From Trichosphaerium sp. ATCC 40318 (taxonomy: Eukaryota; Protista; Tubulinea), in assembly GCA_038496445.1 (NCBI GenBank), contig JALMLS010000377.1, positions 1-64,000 on the forward strand: a DNA stretch of 64,000 nt, in the 5' to 3' direction. The first letter of the stretch is position 1. Every line of letters begins with the position of its first letter. This document shows positions 1 through 9,515 of the stretch, one piece after another. Under the pieces are notes generated by a model. That model did no database searches and had not been told where the DNA came from. It saw nothing but the letters and a program-made list of their open reading frames with translations. The translations under genes and the position numbers were made by a program.

Positions 1-3
1 AAA

Positions 4-144
4 AAGTGGTATATACCACTTCCATATACCACTTTTTTATTCACTTAATTTCTAAAAAAAGTGGTATTTCAAAATGGTATATACCAGTTCATATACCATT
101 TGTTGAAAAAAGTGGTATATACCATAAAAAAACTGGTATATACA
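4..144. repeat. Cluster of TGGTATATACCA palindromes and half-sites
   Basis: Perfect 18-bp palindrome AAGTGGTATATACCACTT at 4-21; TGGTATATACCA at 75-86 and 113-124; near-copy at 134-144; half-sites at ~24-34, ~58-67 and ~91-99. Confidence 0.9.
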
Positions 145-145
145 C

Positions 146-2707
146 TTTAATTTTTAGACCTGAAGGCTGTGGTTTATCAGAATCTAAATAACATCAACTG
201 GTACATTGGTTTATGAAGAAAAAAAAAAAAAAATGAAAAAAAAAGGAAGGGAAAAACCAACACATCGCGATCGTGTTCGTACCGAGTACGATCGGTCTGT
301 GAGTTACTACACTTTCAAACCAAGGCTCACTTGATTTTTTGAACAACCCATGTGCTCTGCTGCTTCTTCTTGGTCTTTTTTGCAGCTGGATTTCTTCTGA
401 AACCTCATCCTCAACCTCATCCTCAACCTCATCCTCATTCTCATCTTCTTTTTCTTCAAAATCTTCTTCTTCATCTGATGTAGGAGGAGTTGTTTTAACC
501 ATAGGCTTCTTTTTCTTGCCTTTGCCTTTACCTTTTTTTTTATGCCTGTTTATGGCACTGCCTTCACTTGCCCTTGCATTGGCAGTGTTCTTGGCCCTTG
601 TATCTCTAAAAGGTAAGTAGGCATTCTCCAACATGGCTTCTAACTGAGGAGCTACAAAGGACATTAGTTTAAAAGTAAACTAGGGGAGAGAAAAAAAAAA
701 AAAAGAAAAAGAAAAGAGTACGACCGCTACGTTCGACGAACAGGCGATTCGCGTGTAGCGCCGAGCGCGACATTGGATGTGTAGTGTAAAAAAAAAAAAA
801 AATGACACTTACTTGCTTCCTCCACCTCAGGCAAATCCAAGCACTGCATAGACAACAGGGCAGTGTGAGAGAAGGAGAGCACCGTTGCTGCTTGCTTGTA
901 CTTCATCTCTTCTATAACCATCTTGGGCAATTTTTGGCCATCTTCTGTGGTGCCGGTCCAAAGCAAGTGCAGGTCGTACATCAGAAGCTGGCGAAATATA
1001 CACGGACGCAGGCTGTTCGCGAAATTCACGTGCTCCTCCTCGGTGCTCGTGTCCCACGAGAGCTCGTACCAACCGAGCTCGTTCAGCTGTCTCAAGGCCT
1101 CGAGTTAAAGTTAGATGAGGGTGGAGGGAGAAGAAAAAAAAAAAAAACAACAAAAAAAAACAACAAAAAAAAACTGACCGATTGGTTTTTTTTTTTTTTG
1201 TACCTGTGTGATATATTGGCTGCAGTTCTTGTACCTCTGCAAATAATAAGATTGATTGGTCTCATGATACACCCTGCAGGTCAGTGCCTTGACAAACTAA
1301 ATGTACAAGTTAGGCACAAACCCTTTTTTCAAAAAAAAATATAAAAGGTACTTGACTTACTGCTATTCTGGCATGGAGAGGTAACTCTGCCCATGCAGCA
1401 TGAGCCAATATTCTAGTCCTGTAGCCCACTGGATGTTTGGTGTGCTATGATGAGAGTGTGAGTGAACGGCCGAAACTTTGTATGACCACACAAAATGCGT
1501 GTTCGAATAAAGACGAAAGCCTACGTACCACATTTTCAGCAGATGCAACCAATTCTGCTATCAGAGCACTGTCCAATGGCTCAAAAAACATGCCAGCCTT
1601 AACAAACTGCTTGCTTTCTTTCCAGTTGGTCACATATGGAAAGTATAGATTCATCTTAACCAAAAACTAAACAAAACAATCAGTTATAACATACAAATAA
1701 AAAAAAAATACAAACTAAAAATCGTCGGTTTTACAACAGAGTATTTTAGTGTTCGCACGCGACCGCGAGCTCGCGGTGCGATTTACGACACGCGAAACCT
1801 CTGTTTAAAAATACTTGCGAAAAAAAAAAAAAAAGATTAAAAAAAGATTAAAAAAAAACAACCCTCACCTCTTTCCATTGAGCAGGACTGAGCTGAGGTT
1901 TGACTCTGCTGGCTCCCCATATCGCAAAATTCACCTTACCTATATCTCCCGCCTCCGCTTGGTAATCGAAGACCTGGCCCGCGTCGTCGCACCACATCTT
2001 GAACAGGTGGCGGTAGCGATCCACCTTGGAGTCTGGAGTGGTCAGACTTTGCAGAAAGTTGATCTTGGTGCAGTAGATCGCTATCGCTTGCATCTTGGCG
2101 AAAGGATTTATCCACTCCACATTTTTGATTGCAAATTTGCAGGTTTTAGCTGCATTTTGTCTAAGGCAAACAAGTAAGAAACAATTGAACAATAAGGTAA
2201 GGAAAAGTAAAAAACCAGAAAAACAAAAAAAAGGTTCGTCGTTCGAGGTTTTTTTACGACAGGAAAATCTCGTGTTCGAACGTGACCGCGAGCTCGCGGT
2301 CGGTCAACCGACACGTAAAATACGTGTTCGAAAATATTCGCGAACGTACGCCAACTCTGTCAAAAGACAGTGTGCTCCATCTCCAACTCCAAAGCCAACA
2401 ATAGGGTCTGTATTGTATTCATCACACCAAACAATAGGCATAGGGCAAAGCACAAACCTTTTGGTGAAAGTTTCATAAATAGGCATCTTTTGTATAATGT
2501 TCCTGGGGTTGACTCCTCTGACATTCAAAAAACAAGCTATGTGTGACATGTCCAAGGGGCCTTTGTAAAATGAGGGCTTCTTCACTCTCAGATACTTCTT
2601 GTTGATAGAGTTGGCAGCAATCCCTCTTAGCAAGGCCTTTTTTATTGATGACTTTATGATGCAGCCATTCAATTTATTGGTGCCTGACTTCATGTAGCTA
2701 CATAAAA

Positions 2708-2756
<49 letters not shown>

Positions 2757-4768
2757 GACGACGTTCGTTTTCGAACACGTAAAACGCGTGTTAAATAAAT
2801 ATCGCGAAAATTGTTACTTACTCCACAAAGAGATGGAAATCTGAATCATTGCCAAAGCTCAAGGAATCTCTAAAATGGACCAAAAGAAGGGCAATGTAGT
2901 ACCAAGAATCTGTGACATGAAGTCCCATGGCTGTGTAGAATATGCCAGTCCAGAGTAGCACCTGCCAATACAACTGTCTCCACTTGCAGCTTATAATCCA
3001 TCCATTCCTCTCCTTCTCCTCTACCTTCGATTCCTCATCTCCGTGTTCTCTCGGCATGGGTTCGTGCTCCTTGTAATCTCTGGTGTAGTTGCCTTCGAAG
3101 TGCATCGGCTTCCACCACTTTTCTTCATCCGAGGAGTAGATTTTTTTGACATCTTCTATAAACTTCTGCAGTTGGTCTACTCCTTCAACAAATGGAAATC
3201 TCTCCTAAAGAAACAAATTAATTAATTTAAAAAAAAAACAAAAAAAAAAAAACTAAAAGCCGACGATTTTACAACAGGATATTTAAGTGTTCGTACACGA
3301 CCGCGAGCTCGCGGTCACACGTTCGACACATGAAAACTGTGTTATGAATACTTTAGGAAAAAAAATCAAAAAATAATCAAAAAAAAAAACAGAAAAAAAA
3401 AAAAAACAAAAAAAAAAAAACGAAATAAAACGAACACGGCCCGCGCGTGTATGTATCGGAAAACGTACCTTGAATGCTGCCTTCAGCTTGTTGTTAGGAG
3501 TTATTTGGGACTCCAACACATTATCAAAGCTGGCAGCAAAAAACCCATTTAGGCATCTCTTCATCCTCTTGATGGGCATGGTTTTAGCATAAACCAACTG
3601 GTTGGCTATGATAACACCTCTACATAGATAAATTAGTTGAAATGAATTAAAAATAAAAAAAAAAACAAAAAATAAAAAAAAAATATAAATGGCAGCTACG
3701 TTTATGAACATGTGCCGCGCGTGTTGCGTCGAACGCGAACTTTAATGGGTAAAAAAAAAAAAAATGGACAAAACAAAAAAAAAAACAAAAAAACAAAACA
3801 ACCAACTTACTCAAAACCAAAGATAACATCTCTGTGTTCTCCAATAAGGGTACCCACAATTTTTGTTTCAGTATTGTGGTTTCCATGACTGCTCACAATC
3901 ATCCAACCAGGGCTTGTTGGAGCTAAAAAGAGTATTAGAAGATGGCACATTAAATAAAAATACAAACACGTTTTTTTCGTGTGGAAAATATGACCTCGAG
4001 CTCGCGGTCGGAAACAAACACATTAAATACGTGTTATGTACACAACGACAAGCTTGCAGTCAGTTATAAAGCAAGACTTTTAAAAAAAACGGTTTTTTTA
4101 AAAAGTACACACTTTTTATGTGTACGAAAACCGACCGCGAGCTCGCAGTCATATACGAACACGTAAAAAACGTGTTATAAATCGTACAGCGAGCTTGTGG
4201 TCTGTAAAAAAAGCAAAACAACAAAAAAATAATTAAAAAAAAAGTACACAATTAAATTGTGTACAAAACCAACCGCCAACTAGCGCGACATGCGAACACG
4301 CTATATACGTGTTCTAATACCGCGATGGGCTCGCTGTTGAAAATTGAAGCAAAATAAAACAGTGTGAACCAAAACCAAACGAAAAACAACGCACACGCGT
4401 TCTGCGTGTTACGAAACCCCGTTTGAGTTTGGTTCTACCATGAGAAAAAAACCGCATGGTAACGGAAAAACCGTACACATGAAAACCGTGTACAAAACCG
4501 TCGGTTTTTTTCGAAAAATTTACTTGAAAAATTAACAAATTTAGGCTTTTAAAAAAACCATCTAAAAGCAAAAAAAACCCCTTTATTAGTCTTTAAAAAT
4601 TAAAATAAGACTAATAAAGGGGGTTTTAAAAAAAAAAGAGTAAAAAAAGAGGTTAGTACCTAGTTTTTTCTTCCTCCTGAGCTTAAGCTTGCCATCAGCT
4701 TCTTTGGAGGGCTCATCCTCATCAGAAAACTCAATGTTTATTAGAGAGAGGTCTTCATCTGAGCTCAT
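146..4768 (-). CDS. Gene A: multi-exon unknown protein with degenerate ParB/Srx-like motif and acidic/basic tail; paralogue of gene B; probably continues beyond the left edge
   Basis: ATG 4768 (MSSDEDLS). GT-AG introns at about 3923-4659, 3620-3810, 3206-3468, 2698-2821, 2161-2349, 1667-1868, 1445-1528, 1296-1360, 1100-1203, 652-812 and 184-282 splice into one open frame. Exons align with gene B, e.g. MSHIACFLNVRGVN vs MSDLVCFLPVRGFN and GFGVGDGAHCLL vs GFCLGDGSHGLL. Confidence 0.8.
1762..4338. repeat. Intronic A-type palindrome family GACCGCGAGCTCGCGGTC with companion ACACG-n-CGTGT
   Basis: Copies at 1762-1777 (16-bp core), 2284-2301, 3299-3316, 3992-4009 (1 mismatch) and 4133-4150 (1 mismatch); degenerate copies centred ~4052, 4193, 4279 and 4329. 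All lie in gene A introns. Intron 1 has a ~140-bp unit repeated three times (~3965-4340). Confidence 0.92.
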
Positions 4769-5423
4769 CCTTGATTTATGAAAAGTCAAAAAAGTAAAAT
4801 GAGGCTTTTTTTCCCCCAATAATCGCGTTGAGAAATAGACAGGAAAATTTCGTGTTTCGAAATGTGAATCGAAAATTTCGCCTGTTTAAAAAAAGTAAGA
4901 AAAAATGAGAATTTGACAGTTTGCAAGATTGTTGATGAGGTTCTGGGTTTGTAAAAAACCCTATCTTGCTGTAACCCTACAGGGAGATTGTATGTGCAAA
5001 AAACATAAAAAAAAAGCCAAAAAATCCAAAAAATTTTACAACAGGGTAGAGTAGTGTACAAAAAAATGTATTTTGTTCGGGTAAAAGTGGAATGTCTTTG
5101 TATATGAGTGTGTAACAAGCATGTGCATTGGTACAGTCATGGAAAGTCAAGGAACAAAGTTAGGATTTGTGAAAAAATCAGTTTTTTTCCTTATAATATA
5201 GTTTTGTATGTTTATAATTAATTACTAAACAAACAAATTTCTATGATATAAGTTTTTCTCTCCAATTCATTATATTTTTTGTACATTATTTTTTTAATAA
5301 AAGTTCAATATTCAAAAAAAACCAAAAAAAATGCCTAAGTCGAATCATAGTAACTTCATAACATAGTATTCTCTGTTATGAAAATATCGCGGACGACGAA
5401 CTTATTTTGACTTTGATTAATTG

Positions 5424-8400
5424 ATGAGAAGCACAGCAAGGCACATACAGCTAGCCTTGAAGACATCACACACTCAGGAAGCCTCAGGGAACAAAATGGC
5501 AGCTAAAGAGCTAAAAGATAAAATAGGTACTCAAATAAATTTAAAACCTTTAAAATTAAGCTTTTAAAATTAATTTAAGGCTAATAAGCCTAAAAGAAAT
5601 CAATTTGAAGAGTTTTTTGATTTTGAGAAATTTTATAGAATTCATTGAATGTTTACTTTTGCTGACTTAAGTTTTTATGTTATATATAACATATAATATT
5701 ATATTTTGACAACGGATCGGACCGATCCGTTAGTAAAACAAAATTTTTTTTGTTTTATATTTGGATCGGACCGATCCATCACCAAAATATTCTTTTTAAA
5801 TATATTTATATTTTATATATAAATTATAAAAATAATTTTTGATAGTTGGATCGGTCCGATCCGTTATCGAAATATATTTATTTTTGTTTCGTAAACGGAT
5901 CGGACCGATCCATTATCGAAATATATTTATTTTTGTTTCGTAAACGGATCGGACCGATCCATTTTCGAAATATATATTTGTTTGTTTCGTAAACGGATCG
6001 GTCCGATCCATTATCATAATATTATTTATTTTTTTTATATTTGATTTAATATCTTTATTAGGAGAGGGTTGGCTTTGTATTGCAAAAGAAGATCATTATG
6101 ACACTTCCAGAAAGCTACAAGAATATATAACTCAATATGGTGCTGTAGTGGATGGTAATGGTGAAAGATATGGGTTTATGTAAGTCAATACATTATAATA
6201 TATATACTCACTCATTTATAGTGAATATCACAAAGGTGCTACAGGTCTTTTTGCAAAATTGATGCCATGGAGTGTATTCGAGACCTTATTATGTAAATGT
6301 TTTGGTGAGACATTAGAGGAATTAGAGGTTAAAATTAAAGAGGACAAAAACTTTATTAATGATATAAGAGTAAGTATTACCATATCAGGCTATACTAATT
6401 GAGTTAGGCACACTTACCATTTCTTACAAATAACAAACAACCAATTGAATTTATAGATGCCATACAATCAGATTATAAAGCATCTCCAAAAAGGTGGTTT
6501 AACCCTGTTAAAAGAAAAGCAGCTGAGACAGATGAAGCCTTTTTTACACGATTTTCCAGAAGAAAGCACATTTGGAGTCTTCTAATCAAACTTGAACTAT
6601 TTCCAAAAGCTGTTGGTCTACAACTTGCTAATGGTAACCACTATAAAGGGTTTTTAATGAAATACTACAGAAAGTCTTTGATGATATCAACTATGAAAGA
6701 GACAGATAATTATCAAAAGTATGTATTAGTTTATTACAATTAGTTAATCTACTATAGGTATTTGATGACAACTGGCCCAAGTTGTTTTACATTACCTGAT
6801 AATTACCAAGAATTATTTGACGAAGATGATCATTTTATTGATATCAGTAATAAAACATACACACCGGCAGAAAAAGCAAAAAGTTTGACAGTTCCATCAA
6901 TGTCAGACCTTGTGTGCTTTTTACCAGTCAGAGGTTTTAATTTAGAGAACTTTTTATTACAAATGGCAGCAGCTACAGAAGCAAGTCCACCACACAATAG
7001 AAAAATATTATTGGTCGAAAGTGGCACTTTATATGTACCAGGTGGAAGGAAAGGAAAACCTCAAGTTCATCCTGGTTTTTGTCTTGGTGATGGCTCTCAT
7101 GGTTTACTAGCATCTTTATGGTACAAATACTCATACACAATAACTAATATTTATTTTAGTATTTTGAAAAAGGATTTTCAATTAAAAACTGTGGGTTGGT
7201 TGTCTGTGCGTGTGAGATTAAATAGCATTATATCCTTTTGTGCAGCATGGAACAAATTGGGACAGGCCACAAAAGATAGTCATCTTTTAGATAAAATGAT
7301 ATTTTGTTATGATAAATTTTGTGAACAGTATGGATTAGAAAAAGTACGATATCAATATAAATCATATCATTTAACTAAATGTAGAATGGCGATTTTTCTG
7401 TGACAAGAAAGTCTCCTAAAAAACCTGGTGTAACTTTTCAATCAGTAAGATTATTTTTATTTTCTATTGTACTAATAGTTTAGGTGTATAACTTTTGTGA
7501 TCTTGGAGTGTCAAACCTAGTAAGAACTCCCAGAGAGTTTAAATTGATTGTAAGAGGAGGGGCTTTTTTGCATGGTATAGATAAAGATCTTATTGAATTG
7601 ATGGGTTTACAAGCAACCTCAGTACAAATAGTTGCACATGCACATAACTACTAACTATCTCTATAGTTAAATAGACTGCCTACAGGCTTTAATCAAAGAT
7701 GGTTTGGAGATATATTTTGGGCTAAAGCTCCTAAAAGGATGAGAATAGCAGTACGTACAAAGTTCAAACATTAGCAAAACTAAATTTGTAATAAAATACG
7801 TGCTGTTTTATCAACGGATCGGACCGATCCGTTTACGTAATATATCTTATAATGTTTCGTCAACGGATCGGACCGATCCGTATACGTAATATATCTTATA
7901 ATGTTTCGCCAACGGATCGAACCGATCCGTTTACGTAATATATCTTTCTATGTTTTATTAACATGTCAAACTGATTTGTAGAAAAAAGTTAATATGTTGT
8001 ACTTATTAATATGTTTAGTTTTTAAAAGCTGTTGGAAATAGACAGTATACATGTGATCCCAAAGCTAAACAGAAGTTTAAACAATACATAAATGCAAAAA
8101 ACACACTAGAAGCTGTACAATTTTTTTCAATAACACAATATTAACATATATTTGTAGTTATGGGACTTTGTTAAAACACACTTGAAACAAGACCCTTTAA
8201 CACACAGAGATATCATGGCTTTAGATGATACAAATCACCTAAAAAGGCTATACACATTTGACCCCACCCTATTATTTCCTCCTGCAGAAGGTTGGCCACC
8301 AGCAAAAGATAAAGACCATCCTTTGGCTCAACAAAGAAAAAGCACAGAGGAATTAAACTATTCAAATGATTCAGTAACAGTGGCAATGGGTTATAATTGC

Positions 8401-9449
8401 TTACAAGCATATGACAGCTATTATTCTGAGCACAAGCATATTAGTATACACTTTCAATTTATAATATTAATACTAAATATATACTAGGAAAAACACTTCA
8501 TAGCAGAGTTATTGAAAATATGAAGAAATACAAGGAAAAAAAGCAGAAACAAACAAAGTCAGCTAGACAAAGCAGAAAACCATTAACTGACCATGAAAAA
8601 GCTGCTACATCTCATTGGAGCAAACATTATGGTAAAGACAAGACAACATTGGCAGGTAAAACATCATTTTATACATTTAAATACATAACTATTTGTAGCC
8701 AAAGTAAAAGTATATGATAATTACTTAAAAGACAAAAAAGATTCTCATCAATCTAATAAATCCAGCGAAAATGCTGATATTGTTGTTGATGATGATGATG
8801 ATGTGGATATGCAAGATGTAAACACTTCAAGTTCAACAAAAAGAACCTCTACAAAGGCACAAAAAACATCAAGTAGAAAAACAAAACAGAAAGAGGAAGA
8901 AGATGAGTCATCTTCATCATCAACAGAACATGACAGAGAAGATAATGAATTTAATCCTTCAGATTCTGAACAAAACATTGATGATGTTTCAAAAAAAAAT
9001 ACAGATTCTATGTTTGAGCCATCTCAATCTAAAAATGTTGAAGAACAAATGACAATGGTTATAGATAAAATATTGGAAATTGGAGAATTTGTTTCTTATT
9101 CAAAACCAGAAGATTCAAATGTTGTGCAAATCACAATTGATGTACATCCTAGCAATGTTGCATATCAAAAACTTATTTCTAGTAAGTAATACAAAATATA
9201 TCCATATTTATAATATTAGGTACTCCTTTTATACAATCACAAAGGCAAATAGAACATACACCAAGTTATGATGAAAGTGAAAATGACAGTGAAAATGAAG
9301 ATGATGAAGAAGAAGAAGAAAAAGATGTGCAAAAAGGACCTGATATACAGCGAATATCTCCAAGGAAAACACAAAAAAAGAGAAAGCCTGGAAAACCACC
9401 AAAAGGCCAACCAACAAAGAAAAAAAGAAAAAGAATTGCAAAAAAATGA
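5424..9449 (+). CDS. Gene B: multi-exon unknown protein with degenerate ParB/Srx-like motif and acidic then basic C-terminal tail; transposon accessory gene
   Basis: ATG 5424. Introns at about 5527-6061, 6180-6221, 6370-6408, 6719-6757, 7121-7159, 7344-7385, 7445-7483, 7622-7666, 7751-8018, 8115-8157, 8444-8487, 8656-8698 and 9185-9219 give a continuous frame to TGA 9447-9449 (…KKKRKRIAKK*). Confidence 0.82.
5711..6010. repeat. B-type palindrome array 1 (6 x GGATCGGWCCGATCC) in gene B intron 1
   Basis: Cores start at 5714, 5763, 5848, 5897, 5946 and 5995, giving spacings 49, 85, 49, 49, 49. Confidence 0.95.
7813..7931. repeat. B-type palindrome array 2 (3 copies, 49-bp period) in the gene B intron at 7751-8018
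   Basis: Cores start at 7816, 7865 and 7914 (the last has one mismatch). The spacer differs from array 1 but the period is again 49. Confidence 0.95.
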
Positions 9450-9515
9450 ACACAGTATATGAAGATGTGATATATTTTGTTAGTTAGAAAAATTAAAATA
9501 AAATTTATTTACTTT

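Noticed and set aside
339-620. Plus-strand ORF resembling a signal-peptide membrane protein, and similar antisense ORFs in the track
   Set aside because: Antisense shadows of low-complexity exons on the opposite strand.
2711-2755. Long poly(A) run as a retroelement tail
   Set aside because: It is the polypyrimidine tract of a gene A intron on the minus strand; homopolymers are frequent in these introns and length may be a sequencing artefact.
5711-6010. CRISPR array (palindromic repeat with regular spacing)
   Set aside because: Spacers are AT-rich and mostly copies of each other, the array is inside a spliceosomal intron, and there are no cas genes.
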